64,000 nucleotides of DNA from Candidatus Omnitrophota bacterium (GCA_043808095.1 JAZDFF010000031.1:37073-101072); one strand, 5' to 3'. Counted from the first letter of the stretch, positions 9,310 to 19,441 are shown. The notes: generated by a model from the sequence alone, not told the origin. Translations and numbers: made by a program.

Positions 9310-10356
9310 ATGGAACTACGGGAACTATTATTAATGACCGTGCAGAACAAGGCCTCGGATTTACATCTTACCGAAGATATGCCGCCGATACTGCGTATCG
9401 ACGGAAAGCTTACTCATACAAAGCTTCCTAAACTTAACCGCGAGGGCCTGAAGAAATTGGTTTATACTGTTTTAACGGACAGCCAGAAGGAGAAATTTGA
9501 AAGAGAGCTGGAGTTGGATTTATCCCTGGCCTTGCCCGGTTTGGACCGTTTCAGGGTGAATATTCACGTCCAGAGAGGATCGGTTGAGGCGGCGCTGCGC
9601 CGTATCCCTTTATTAATCCCGACACTTGAAGAGTTGGCCCTTCCTAAGATAGTGACAGAACTTGCGCTTAGGCCCAATGGGCTGGTTTTAGTTACGGGCC
9701 CTACCGGCGTCGGTAAGACTACCACGCTTGCGGCCATGGTAGATTTGATTAACACCCAGAGGGAGCAATTAATAATTTCTATCGAAGACCCGATTGAATA
9801 TATCCATGTGAATAAAAAGAGCATCATTAAACAGCGCGAGGTTTTTACGGATACGCATTCATTCGCCGATGCCTTAAAGCATTGCCTCCGCCAGGATCCT
9901 AACGTCATTGTGGTAGGAGAAATGCGCGATTTGGAGACCATTTCAACGGCTCTTACCGCCGCAGAAACCGGCCACTTGGTTTTGGCAACGCTGCATACCC
10001 CGGACGCGCCCCAGACCATTGAAAGAATCATCGATGTCTTTCCGCCTTATCAGCAGCAACAGGTGAAATTACAGTTGTCCGACTGTATCCAGGGCATCGT
10101 TTCGCAGCTGCTCCTTCCGCGGGCATCGGGAACAGGCAGAGTCGCAGCCACTGAAATTTTAATCGGGACCTCAGCCATCCGTAATCTTATCCGCGAGCAG
10201 GAGATTGAGCAGATCCCGACTCTCATGCAGACCGGTCATCAATACGGCATGAAGATTATGGATAAATGCCTTAAAGAAATGGTTGCGCAGGGTTTGATTA
10301 CCATGGAAGTAGCATTAACCAAGGTAAAGAATCCCAATGAGTTTAAGAGTATGTAA
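9310..10356 (+). CDS. pilT: Type IV pilus retraction ATPase, PilT family
   Basis: ASDLHL, GPTGVGKTTT, EDPIEY, LRQDPNVIVVGEMRD, AETGHLVLATLHT, AIRNLIRE. Confidence 0.93.
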   Translation: MELRELLLMTVQNKASDLHLTEDMPPILRIDGKLTHTKLPKLNREGLKKLVYTVLTDSQKEKFERELELDLSLALPGLDRFRVNIHVQRGSVEAALRRIPLLIPTLEELALPKIVTELALRPNGLVLVTGPTGVGKTTTLAAMVDLINTQREQLIISIEDPIEYIHVNKKSIIKQREVFTDTHSFADALKHCLRQDPNVIVVGEMRDLETISTALTAAETGHLVLATLHTPDAPQTIERIIDVFPPYQQQQVKLQLSDCIQGIVSQLLLPRASGTGRVAATEILIGTSAIRNLIREQEIEQIPTLMQTGHQYGMKIMDKCLKEMVAQGLITMEVALTKVKNPNEFKSM

Positions 10357-10544
10357 ATGAGGTTACAACTTATGGAACATAGTGACATAAGTTGTCTGGC
10401 CGAATTTATCCCGAGCAATCATTTATTTGAATGGTTGCGAGGGATCTCATTTTTTATCTACTGACGTTTTAGTGGCGGGGAATCATCTGTGCTCATCTGT
10501 GAAATCATTGGTAATGACTTTAAATCTGTGCTAATCTGCGAATT

Positions 10545-11051
10545 ATGGTAATAACAGGCTACGCCTATAAACTCGGCGACAACATCAATACCGACGTAAT
10601 TATCTCGGGCCGTTACAAATTCCAGATCACCGATATGAAAGAGCTCTCAAGGCATATCTTTGAAGATATCGACCCTGATTTTGCCAAAAATATAAAACCG
10701 GGAGAATCTATTATTGTGGCCGGCGAGAATTTCGGCTTAGGTTCATCTCGCGAACAGGCGCCTTTAGCCATAAAGGCCGCAGGTATTGTTGCGGTGGTCG
10801 CCAAAAGTTTTGCCCGCATATTCTTCAGAAATTCATTTAATGTTGGCCTGCCTTTAATTGAATTAGATACTAATCCAATCAGTCAATCGGATAAACTCGA
10901 GATTGATTTAGATAATGGCAGGCTTACTGATTTGACCAAAAACAAAGAACTAAAATCAAAACCCATACCGCCATTTATGCAGGATTTGTTAAAAGAAGAC
11001 GGCGTAATTAATTACTTTAAAAAACACGGCGATTTGAAATTTGACATTTGA
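10545..11051 (+). CDS. leuD: 3-isopropylmalate dehydratase/homoaconitase small subunit
   Basis: GDNINTD, NFGLGSSREQA, SFARIFFRN. Confidence 0.87.
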   Translation: MVITGYAYKLGDNINTDVIISGRYKFQITDMKELSRHIFEDIDPDFAKNIKPGESIIVAGENFGLGSSREQAPLAIKAAGIVAVVAKSFARIFFRNSFNVGLPLIELDTNPISQSDKLEIDLDNGRLTDLTKNKELKSKPIPPFMQDLLKEDGVINYFKKHGDLKFDI

Positions 11052-11132
11052 TTATAAGTATACATCTGTGCTAATCTTGTATCTTTTCATCTGTGCTAAT
11101 CTGTGATTTCTCTTTTTAATTTATAGGAAAAT

Positions 11133-12212
11133 ATGAAACATACAATTACCCTTATCCCAGGTGACGGCATCGGCCCGGAAGTAGCCTTGGCTGCCAGGCG
11201 CTGCGTTGAGGCTACAGGCGTAGATATAAAGTGGGAGGAAGTTATTGCCGGAGAGGAAGCAATTAAGAAATTTAAGACCCCGCTTCCTGAAAATGTCCTT
11301 GAATCGATTAAAAAGAATAAAGTGGCATTAAAAGGCCCGATTACCACGCCTGTTGGCGGCGGTTATCGCTCAATAAATGTCGAGTTGCGCCAGCGGCTGG
11401 GGCTCTTTGCTTGCCTGCGGCCGGCAAAATCCATTCCCGGAGTTATCTCAGCCTATAAAGATATTGATTTGGTGATCGTCCGTGAGAATACCGAAGATTT
11501 ATATGCCGGCATAGAGTTCCAGCAGGGTAAGCCTGATACCCAAGAATTGATTAAGACCCTAAACAAATTACAGAAAAAAGCCATTAAAGTTGACTCAGGC
11601 CTTTCCATCAAGCCTATTTCTATATCTGCCTCTCGTAAGATCGTGCGTTTTGCCTTTGATTACGCACTAAAATTCAACCGCAAAAAAGTTACCTGTGTGC
11701 ACAAGGCAAACATTATGAAGTTTACCGACGGGCTATTTCTCGAAGAGGCAAGAAAAGTCGCCAGGGATTTTGAGGGAAAAATTGAATTTTCTGACTGTAT
11801 CGTAGATAATCTGGCCATGCAGTTAGTAAAAGCCCCGAAGAATTTCGATGTCTTAGTCCTGCCTAATCTATACGGCGATATCATCTCTGACCTCTGCGCC
11901 GGCCTAATCGGCGGCTTAGGCGTGGCAAGCGGGGCAAATATCGGAGATGACATGGCATTATTTGAGCCGGTTCATGGCGCTGCCCCCAAATATGAAGGAA
12001 AAAATAAAATTAACCCTACTGCCTGTATCCTTTCGGCAGTTTTAATGCTCAGATACCTGAATGAATTTAAGGCCGCAGACAAATTAGAGGCTGCTGTTAT
12101 CTCCGTAATCAAAGAAGGCAAATCCGTTACCTACGACCTGAAGAAAGACAGAAACGATCCTACTGCTGTTGGTACTGTCGAGATGACCAACGCTATTATA
12201 AAAAGGATATAA
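11133..12212 (+). CDS. Isocitrate/isopropylmalate dehydrogenase family (NAD-IDH-like)
   Basis: GDGIGPEV, LKGPITTP, RENTEDLY, HKANIMK, NLYGDIISD, FEPVHG. Confidence 0.9.
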   Translation: MKHTITLIPGDGIGPEVALAARRCVEATGVDIKWEEVIAGEEAIKKFKTPLPENVLESIKKNKVALKGPITTPVGGGYRSINVELRQRLGLFACLRPAKSIPGVISAYKDIDLVIVRENTEDLYAGIEFQQGKPDTQELIKTLNKLQKKAIKVDSGLSIKPISISASRKIVRFAFDYALKFNRKKVTCVHKANIMKFTDGLFLEEARKVARDFEGKIEFSDCIVDNLAMQLVKAPKNFDVLVLPNLYGDIISDLCAGLIGGLGVASGANIGDDMALFEPVHGAAPKYEGKNKINPTACILSAVLMLRYLNEFKAADKLEAAVISVIKEGKSVTYDLKKDRNDPTAVGTVEMTNAIIKRI

Positions 12213-12309
12213 GAAAATTATAGTTCATTGTTAATGTTTGTCTGTCGTTGTCGATGTTGGTATCGAAACTCGATTCTTGAAGCCGGGAATTATAATATTA
12301 ATGTAGTTA

Positions 12310-12525
12310 AACTAGCATCTGGTATCTGGCATCTTGTATCTAGCATCCATACCGAGAGACGAGCTTCGATGACTAAAAGAATAATAATCTCCTTTTGATT
12401 AACCAATATTTATCTGTGCTCATCTTGTATCATTTCATCTGTGCTAATCTGTGTAAAGATGCAACCTTAGATAGCCTCAGATAACATCAGAAAACCTTAG
12501 ATAACCTCAGATAACATCATATAAC
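12310..12525. repeat. Stack of repeat arms: 7-nt TATCTAG-type, family B, and 10-nt ATAACCTCAG-type tandem
   Basis: Direct reading; the 7-nt family also occurs at 13435-13500 and 53517-53548. Confidence 0.7.
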
Positions 12526-12527
12526 CT

Positions 12528-13448
12528 ATGAAAGTAGCTGTGATCGGTGCCGGCAACGTCGGCGGAACGCTCGCAATGCGCCTTGCTGAAAAAGACATTG
12601 CCGATGTAGTCTTAGTGGACGTGGTGAAAAACCTCGCCCTGGCCAAGGCCTCTGATATCAAAGACGGCTTAGGAATCTCCAAATTCAATCATAAACTCGA
12701 AGCCGGGCAAGATATCTCTCTTGCAAAAGGCTCACAGGTTGTCGTGATAACTGCCGGCTTGAGTCGAAAACCCGGAATGACCAGAGAGGACCTCTTAAAG
12801 AATAACGCCAAAATAATTACGGATATCAGCCGGGCATTAAAAACCATAATCGAAAAAAAGACCATAATAATCGTAGTCAGTAACCCCGTAGATTTAATGA
12901 GTTATCTGGTTTATAAAGAGACCGGGCTTCATCCGCGCTCAATTATCGGTATGGGCCCTAGCCTTGACGCCAGCCGTTTTGCCAATCTTATTTCCGAAGA
13001 GTTAAAGGTCTCACCGCGGTTTGTAAATACCTCGGTTATCGGCGCTCATGGTGAAACCATGGTAGTATTAAGCCGGTTTAGTTTTGTCCAGGGTAAACCC
13101 CTTAAAGATATATTAGCCCAGGATAAAATCAATTCGCTGGTTGAGCGGACCAAAAACCGCGGGGCAGAGATTGTTTCCTTATTCGGGACAGGGAGTGCCT
13201 ACACTGCGCCTTCATTAGCATCCCTTGAGATGGTTGAGGCGATAATCCGCGATGAACGCCAGAAAGTTATCTGCGCAAGCGCCTATTTAGACGGTGAATA
13301 CGGCCTGAAAGACGTATTTATCGGGGTCCCTATAAATCTCTGTAACCTCGGAATCTGGCGTATCGTCCAGCTCGACCTGAATAAAGAAGAACTAGAGGCC
13401 TTACGCAACTCCGCTGCTTCCATTAAGAACTCATTATCTAGTATCTAG
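12528..13448 (+). CDS. mdh: LDH-like malate dehydrogenase
   Basis: VIGAGNVG, TAGLSRKPGMTREDLL, SNPVD. Confidence 0.92.
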   Translation: MKVAVIGAGNVGGTLAMRLAEKDIADVVLVDVVKNLALAKASDIKDGLGISKFNHKLEAGQDISLAKGSQVVVITAGLSRKPGMTREDLLKNNAKIITDISRALKTIIEKKTIIIVVSNPVDLMSYLVYKETGLHPRSIIGMGPSLDASRFANLISEELKVSPRFVNTSVIGAHGETMVVLSRFSFVQGKPLKDILAQDKINSLVERTKNRGAEIVSLFGTGSAYTAPSLASLEMVEAIIRDERQKVICASAYLDGEYGLKDVFIGVPINLCNLGIWRIVQLDLNKEELEALRNSAASIKNSLSSI

Positions 13449-13502
13449 TATCTATTATCTAGCATCTACTGACTACTATTTACTATCTACTTTCTACTTA
13501 GC

Positions 13503-14801
13503 ATGTTTGACCTCACAATCATCGGCGCCGGCTGGGCAGGCTACTCCGCAGCCCTGCGCGCCAAAGAATTAGGTAAGTCCGTCTGCCTGATTGAAAAATC
13601 CGATATCGGCGGCACCTGTCTAAACCGCGGCTGTATCCCCACCAAATTCCTCGTTACTGCTGCAAAACAAATCAGCGCATTTAAAAAAGCGAACTCTTAC
13701 GGGATTGAGGTATCTTCCTATAACCTTGACTTTAAAAAGACCATCGAAAATAAAAACGGGCTGATTGCAAAACAACGCGCTACCATGGAAAATCAGCTAA
13801 AGATTAAAGGAATAGAGGTCATTAAATCAGAAGGCCGGCTCACAGGCCCAAACCGGATAAAGGCAGGTGAAAGGGTTATCGAGTCCAAATACATACTCAT
13901 TGCCACCGGCTCTAAGCCCTTTGAGCTGCCTGACCTGAAATTTGACCGCTCTAAATTCATTTCAAGCGATGAACTCTTGAATCAAAGCAGCATCCCGAAA
14001 ACCTTGCTGATAGTAGGAGGGGGAGTAATCGGCTGCGAATTTGCCAGCATTTTTAACAGCCTGGGCTCCAAGGTAACCATTGTAGAATTATTAGATAGGA
14101 TCCTGCCTACCGAAGACAAAGAGGCCTCAAAGAAGCTCGAAGTAACTCTTAAGAAAAAAGGCATAACTATCCATACTGCAAAAAAAGCCCAGGACCTTAA
14201 TTTGAATGATTTTGAAAAAGTCCTGGTCTGCGTTGGAAGGGCCTCTAACACCAGAGATTTAGGCCTGGATGAGTTAGGAGTAAAAATTAATAAAGGCGCT
14301 ATTTGCGTAAATGAGTATTTAGAAACCAGTATCAAAAATATTTATGCCGCAGGCGATTGTATCGCTGGCTATCAACTTGCCCATGTTGCCGCTTATGAGG
14401 GAAAACTCAGCGTAGATAATATGTTCGGCCAGAAACAAAAAGCTGACTATAGCAGTGTGCCGAGCGCCATATTTACCGAGCCAGAGATTGCAAGTGTCGG
14501 GATAGATGAAGATGAGGCAAAGGCCAAAAATATCGAGATAAAGGTTGCTAAATTTAGCTTTCTTGGCCTTGGCCTTGCCCATATAACCGGCGCAACCGAC
14601 GGCTTTATCAAAATAATTGCCGCCAAACATACCGAAGAAATATTGGGCGCAGTTATCTTTGGCCAATCCGCAACCGAATTAATCGGTAGTCTATCTCTTG
14701 CCATTAGAAATAAGCTCACCATCTCTCAGATTAAAAATACTATTTTCCCGCATCCAACCATCTCCGAATCCATTCTTGAAGCAGTATTGAGAACGCAATA
14801 A
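13503..14801 (+). CDS. lpdA: Dihydrolipoamide dehydrogenase
   Basis: GGTCLNRGCIPTK, GGGVIGCE, HPTISE. Confidence 0.93.
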   Translation: MFDLTIIGAGWAGYSAALRAKELGKSVCLIEKSDIGGTCLNRGCIPTKFLVTAAKQISAFKKANSYGIEVSSYNLDFKKTIENKNGLIAKQRATMENQLKIKGIEVIKSEGRLTGPNRIKAGERVIESKYILIATGSKPFELPDLKFDRSKFISSDELLNQSSIPKTLLIVGGGVIGCEFASIFNSLGSKVTIVELLDRILPTEDKEASKKLEVTLKKKGITIHTAKKAQDLNLNDFEKVLVCVGRASNTRDLGLDELGVKINKGAICVNEYLETSIKNIYAAGDCIAGYQLAHVAAYEGKLSVDNMFGQKQKADYSSVPSAIFTEPEIASVGIDEDEAKAKNIEIKVAKFSFLGLGLAHITGATDGFIKIIAAKHTEEILGAVIFGQSATELIGSLSLAIRNKLTISQIKNTIFPHPTISESILEAVLRTQ

Positions 14802-14805
14802 ATGA

Positions 14806-14918
14806 AACGTTTAAGGGATAGCAGGGTATAGAAGGGGATAGTAAGGTATAGAAAGGGATTTTTAAAAACCCTGCTAACCTATCCTGACCCTTGCTAACCC
14901 ATCCTAACCCCTAAACGT
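14806..14918. repeat. Hairpin element with GGGATAG/CTAACC arms between lpdA and lipB
   Basis: aagggatagcagggtatagaaggggatagtaaggtatag ... cctgctaacctatcctgacccttgctaacccatcctaacccct. Confidence 0.7.
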
Positions 14919-14925
14919 AGAGAAT

Positions 14926-15579
14926 ATGAGCATTAGAGTTATTGACTTAGGCCTCATAGAGTTTCTTAAAGCCCACAAGATTCAAAAACACCTCGTTGAC
15001 GAACTTAAATCTAATGGCTGGCACGACACTCTAATTATCTGCGAACACCCCCCGACTATTACCCTGGGAAGAAAAACCAGGCTGGAAAATCTACTTGCCG
15101 ACGAGAAAACCTTAAAAGAAAGAAAAATATCGGTCTTTCGCGCTGACAGGGGAGGAGATGTCACCTATCACGGCCCCGGCCAAATCATCGCTTACCCTAT
15201 ATTTGACTTACGCAGGTATAAAAAAGACATCCATTGGTTCCTAAGGAAACTCGAAGAAATCACAATTGATTTTTTATGGCGATATAAGATATCTGGTGAA
15301 AGAAAAAAGGGTTTTACCGGCGTTTGGGTCGGTAATAAAAAAATCGTCTCAATCGGTATCGGCATTTCTAACTGGATAACCTTCCATGGTCTGGCTATAA
15401 ATGTTAAAACTAACTTAGAATATTTTTCCCTGATTAAGCCCTGCGGCCTTAAAGTCGAAATGACTTCAATGGAAGCAATCTCAGGTAAAAATTACAATTT
15501 AACTGAAGTAAAGCCAGTATTATTAAGAACTATTGAACAGGGATTCAACCACCGTTTTACTAATAGTTTACAAAAATGA
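14926..15579 (+). CDS. lipB: Lipoyl(octanoyl) transferase
   Basis: CEHPPTITLG, RGGDVTYHGPGQ, HGLAIN, IKPCG. Confidence 0.95.
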   Translation: MSIRVIDLGLIEFLKAHKIQKHLVDELKSNGWHDTLIICEHPPTITLGRKTRLENLLADEKTLKERKISVFRADRGGDVTYHGPGQIIAYPIFDLRRYKKDIHWFLRKLEEITIDFLWRYKISGERKKGFTGVWVGNKKIVSIGIGISNWITFHGLAINVKTNLEYFSLIKPCGLKVEMTSMEAISGKNYNLTEVKPVLLRTIEQGFNHRFTNSLQK

Positions 15580-17189
15580 ATCTACAAGGCGTACTATCTT
15601 ATTTTACTGCTTTTACAAGTTTAATATTAGGAACCGTTGTTTTATTAAAAGATAGAAAACAAACTTTAAATATAACTTGGTTTCTAATGAGCGTTTGTAT
15701 TTCAATCTGGGCAGGATTATACGCATTCATGATAACAGCTTCCAATTATAATTTAGCATTGTTTAGTGCTAGAGTGCTTAATTATAGCGCTATGTTCATA
15801 GCTCCTTTTTATTTACATTTCATCGCCTCACTTTTAAATAAAAATAGAGAATATAAATCCTTTGTTATTTCATCATATTTTGCTTTAGGAGCTCTATTGA
15901 TTGTTACTTTAATTTTTCCTAATTATTTTGTTCCTGATGTTATGCCTAAATTTGGATTTAAGTTTTATACTAAAGCAGGGTTTTTGTTTTATCCCTATTT
16001 CATATTATGGGCTTTTTATATTACTTATGCATTCATAAAATTAATTTTCGAAAGCGGAAAATATAACGATTTTAAACGTAACCAAATTCAGTACATAATT
16101 TTTGCTTCTCTAATTGGTTTTCCGGCCGGAACAACTTCTTTTCTTGCAGTCCTTACTAAAAATATATCTCCTTTTGGGGTGCCGTTCATTTCCTTATATA
16201 CTTTTATAATTAGCTATGCAATCATTAAACATCACCTCATGGACATCAACGTTGTTATCCGGCGAAGCCTTGTTTATTCGATTCTTGCAGCCTTTATTAC
16301 CGTTATTTATCTTATTTTTGTAATTTTGGCGGAAAGGCTTCTTCATACCTTTGTCGGCTACAGTTCTCTTGTACCAACAATATTAGCCGCCTTTACCATT
16401 GCCATTTTATTTATACCTTTAAAAAACAAAATCCAAGCCTTTGTGGACAGAGTTTTCTTTAAAGGCACGCTTGTTACGCTTTCCCAGGATAAAGAGCGCC
16501 TGGAACAAGAGGTGAGGCAGGGAGAAAAGCTCGCTGCCATAGGAAGGCTCGCCGCCGGTATTGCCCATGAAATCAAAAACCCCTTGACTTCAATCAAGAC
16601 CTTTACTGAATTCCTGAATGAAAAATTTGATGAGCCGGATTTCCGCGATAAATTTAAGAGGATAGTAGGAGAGGAGGTAGACAGGATTAATCACATCGTT
16701 AATAGCCTCCTTGACCTTAGCCGTCCAAAACCTCTTAACCTTGAGTCAGTTGATGTGCCTGAAATCATTGAGAATATCTTGAACTTACTTGAACCTGACC
16801 TAAGCCAAGCCCGAATCACCATTAAAAAAGATTTTCAAGACAATCTTTCTCAAATTCCTGCTGATCCTAACCAGCTAAAACAAGCGTTTATCAACCTGAT
16901 TCTAAACGCCAAGGATGCCATGAAAGACTCTCTTCAAAAAGAACTCACCATTAAGACTCGAAAAGTTTCTAATTTTCTTCAAATAGAAATAATTGATACA
17001 GGCTGCGGAATTCCACAGGATAAACTAAATTCCATCTTTGAACCGTTTTATTCTACCAAAGAGAAAGGCACCGGCCTGGGCCTGTCAATCGTCCACTCCA
17101 TCATCCAAGCTCACCATGGTAAGATAGAAGTCAAAAGCACTCCTGCCGTTGGGACGACATTCATTGTATCCTTACCATTCCGACCATAA
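15576..17189 (+). CDS. Multi-TM (HisKA_7TM-like) sensor histidine kinase, no adjacent response regulator
   Basis: About 10 hydrophobic segments, H-box AHEIKNPL, N-box NLILNA, DTGCGI, GTGLGL. Confidence 0.9.
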   Translation: MNLQGVLSYFTAFTSLILGTVVLLKDRKQTLNITWFLMSVCISIWAGLYAFMITASNYNLALFSARVLNYSAMFIAPFYLHFIASLLNKNREYKSFVISSYFALGALLIVTLIFPNYFVPDVMPKFGFKFYTKAGFLFYPYFILWAFYITYAFIKLIFESGKYNDFKRNQIQYIIFASLIGFPAGTTSFLAVLTKNISPFGVPFISLYTFIISYAIIKHHLMDINVVIRRSLVYSILAAFITVIYLIFVILAERLLHTFVGYSSLVPTILAAFTIAILFIPLKNKIQAFVDRVFFKGTLVTLSQDKERLEQEVRQGEKLAAIGRLAAGIAHEIKNPLTSIKTFTEFLNEKFDEPDFRDKFKRIVGEEVDRINHIVNSLLDLSRPKPLNLESVDVPEIIENILNLLEPDLSQARITIKKDFQDNLSQIPADPNQLKQAFINLILNAKDAMKDSLQKELTIKTRKVSNFLQIEIIDTGCGIPQDKLNSIFEPFYSTKEKGTGLGLSIVHSIIQAHHGKIEVKSTPAVGTTFIVSLPFRP

Positions 17190-17352
17190 ACGCAAAAATT
17201 CCTTATCAAAAGTAGTTTCTTGAGATATAATAAATGAAGCCATCCTGACTAGACATCGTGATTTGGTCGATTTTCGCTTTTAATTTAAATTTTTGCGTTT
17301 TAGCGGCTTTTTGCGTTTTGGCGGTAACAACAATTATTATTAGGAGGAAAAT

Positions 17353-17598
17353 ATGACTAGAGTAATTCTACCAGAACTCGGCGAAGGTATAACTAAGGCC
17401 ACAATAACCAATTGGTATTTTGAAGTAGGCGCCGAAGTAAGGCAGGGGGATGATTTAGTAGAGCTTGCTACCGACAAAGCCACTTTTAATCTACCGGCGC
17501 CTTGCTCCGGTGAGTTAGTTGAGATATTATTCTCTGACGGCGACGACGTCCAGGTAGGCGAAGCCTTGGCAATAATTGAAGAAAACACGGGAGAATAG
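17353..17598 (+). CDS. Stand-alone lipoyl/biotinyl carrier domain protein
   Basis: LPELGEGI...ELATDKATFNLPAP lipoyl-lysine motif; AGGAGG RBS. Confidence 0.88.
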   Translation: MTRVILPELGEGITKATITNWYFEVGAEVRQGDDLVELATDKATFNLPAPCSGELVEILFSDGDDVQVGEALAIIEENTGE

Positions 17599-17622
17599 GA
17601 GAATAATTAAATAGTTTGTTTT

Positions 17623-17676
17623 TACAACAAAAAAGTTGTAAAAATGCTTGACAAGACAACTTTTATGTTGTATATT
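17623..17676 (+). promoter_or_regulatory. Sigma70 promoter with two ACAAC-N6-GTTGT palindromic operators
   Basis: TTGACA(17648)-17 nt-TATATT(17671); palindromes at 17624-17639 and 17656-17671. Confidence 0.75.
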
Positions 17677-17683
17677 TTAATCT

Positions 17684-18400
17684 ATGGCAACGCGCATAGA
17701 ATATCTTCAAAACAGGGTCTTAGGGACATTATCGGAAAAGCTTGATGAATTCTATTTAGCAGGCGGAACCGCGTTATCATTATATTATTTTCATCACCGT
17801 CAATCGTTAGATTTGGATTTTTTCGCCCAAAAATTTTCCCAAAAAAGTGTTCGCAACATTATTAGGCAATTATCTTTAGCTCTAAATAAAGAAATTGAAT
17901 TAATTAGCGAGGAATCTCGAAAGAACAGAGTAAAGATAATGGTTTATTCTCTAATCATTGACAGAAAACGCTCGTTAAAATTAGATTTTGTAGAGGACTA
18001 TCTTAAGCTTATCAGGCCTCCTAAGCCGATAAACGGGATAAAGGTTTTATCTCTCGAGGATATTTATCTTAGAAAAATTTATGCCATAACCGGAACACAG
18101 CAAATTGAGACAGATTTAGGCGCAAAAGTGACTCATGGGGGAAGACAAGAGGCAAGGGATTTTTACGATTTATACTGCCTTTCTCAGATTTTTATGAGGC
18201 TATCGGCTTTTTGTTTTAAATTTGGTAACCCTTTAATGCGCGAGGGCATTATTAGATGGTTTCGCACCTATAGCCGTATGGATATAAAAACAGGCCTTCT
18301 TGAATTAAAATTAAAAAAGAGTATCGCCTATCTTGAAATGGAGAGGCATTTTAAAAGAGAGGTCGAGAAGATTATTGAAAAAGAGGTTAGTTCAATATGA
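17684..18400 (+). CDS. AbiEii/AbiGii-family nucleotidyltransferase (type IV TA toxin-like)
   Basis: FYLAGGTALSLYYFHHRQSLDLDFF, K..A, RDFYDLY. Confidence 0.85.
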   Translation: MATRIEYLQNRVLGTLSEKLDEFYLAGGTALSLYYFHHRQSLDLDFFAQKFSQKSVRNIIRQLSLALNKEIELISEESRKNRVKIMVYSLIIDRKRSLKLDFVEDYLKLIRPPKPINGIKVLSLEDIYLRKIYAITGTQQIETDLGAKVTHGGRQEARDFYDLYCLSQIFMRLSAFCFKFGNPLMREGIIRWFRTYSRMDIKTGLLELKLKKSIAYLEMERHFKREVEKIIEKEVSSI

Positions 18401-18930
18401 AATTAAAAAGTGATTGGCTTTGGGATAGAAAAATTACCCCCCAAAAAGCAAAGTCTATATTAAGCAGGCCCGATGATGCGCATTTTTTGGGTTTGGCAAG
18501 CCTTCTATTGTCTAGAAAGAACTCGCCTCAGGAGGTATTTAAGAATTACATTAAGACAATGGATTTCTTGCAAAATTGGCAGAGAATTAAAAGACAGATG
18601 CGTAAAGACAACTGGAATAATCCACGCATAGAATTCTGGCAGGCCATTTATGAGACATTAAAGAAAAAAAATAAGATAAAAATGGTTAATATTTACAATG
18701 GGGAAGAGTTAACAAAACCAAAAAATGAATTTTATAGGACCATTGCCGATAAATTAAAAATGATCCGAAAACAAAAAGGGATAAGCCAGGGCGAATTAGC
18801 CAAGAGGCTTAAGGTTTCTCAGCAGGCGATTTCGCATATTGAGATGGGCAGAGATAATGCCTCTTTACTTACTCTCAAAAAGATCGTCGATGCCTTGGGC
18901 GCTAAGCTTGATGTGGAGATTTCCGGCTGA
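18397..18930 (+). CDS. Putative antitoxin/regulator with a C-terminal XRE HTH
   Basis: LKMIRKQKGISQGELAKRLKVSQQAISHIEMG; N-terminal WLWD domain; overlaps the toxin stop codon. Confidence 0.8.
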   Translation: MKLKSDWLWDRKITPQKAKSILSRPDDAHFLGLASLLLSRKNSPQEVFKNYIKTMDFLQNWQRIKRQMRKDNWNNPRIEFWQAIYETLKKKNKIKMVNIYNGEELTKPKNEFYRTIADKLKMIRKQKGISQGELAKRLKVSQQAISHIEMGRDNASLLTLKKIVDALGAKLDVEISG

Positions 18931-18956
18931 GATAGTTCAGGGTTAAAAATCTATTT

Positions 18957-19420
18957 TACACCGCTAAATCGCAAAAGGCCGCAAAACCGCAAAATATCTA
19001 AAACATGACATTAGAGCAAATCAATGAATTATCAAATAAAATTATCGGTTTTGCTATTAAAGTCCATAAAGCCTTAGGCCCTGGGTTTGTTGAAAAAGTA
19101 TACGTAAAGGCATTAATATTTGAATTAGAGAAAAATAAAATCAAGTTTACGCAAGAAAAATCCATTAAAGTTAAATACGAAAATCTTCTCTTGGGCCAAC
19201 ATAGATTAGATTTCTTAATTGAAGACGAAATCATCCTAGAAATAAAAGCAGTTTATGAGATAAATAATTTCCATATGGCGCAAATGCTTTCCTATTTAAA
19301 AGCTGCTGATAAGAAATTGGGTTTAATTTTGAATTTTTCTAGATCAAAATTAGAAATAAAACGAGTTGCTTATAACTTATAACTTTGCGCCTTTGCGGAA
19401 TTTTGCGCCTTTGCGGTGTT
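18957..19420. mobile_element. Loaded hairpin element, family A (CGCAAA/TTTGCG arms), enclosing a GxxExxY gene
   Basis: Left arm acaccgctaaatcgcaaaaggccgcaaaaccgcaaaa; right arm tttgcgcctttgcggaattttgcgcctttgcggtgt; mobility is inferred. Confidence 0.6.
19005..19382 (+). CDS. GxxExxY protein (PD-(D/E)XK nuclease-like fold)
   Basis: LGPGFVEKVY, RLDFLIEDEIILEIKA, QMLSYLK, GLILNF. Confidence 0.9.
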   Translation: MTLEQINELSNKIIGFAIKVHKALGPGFVEKVYVKALIFELEKNKIKFTQEKSIKVKYENLLLGQHRLDFLIEDEIILEIKAVYEINNFHMAQMLSYLKAADKKLGLILNFSRSKLEIKRVAYNL

Positions 19421-19441
19421 TCTTTATTTTTCCTTAAAAGT

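Noticed and set aside
12465-12525. Tandem repeats as a CRISPR array or iterons
   Set aside because: 10-nt period without unique spacers and no rep gene; it fits the intergenic repeat-arm class.
19385-19441. ORF-track N-terminal extension MRLCGILRLCG of the SRPBCC gene
   Set aside because: It is the translation of a repeat arm; the ATG at 19442 is the plausible start.
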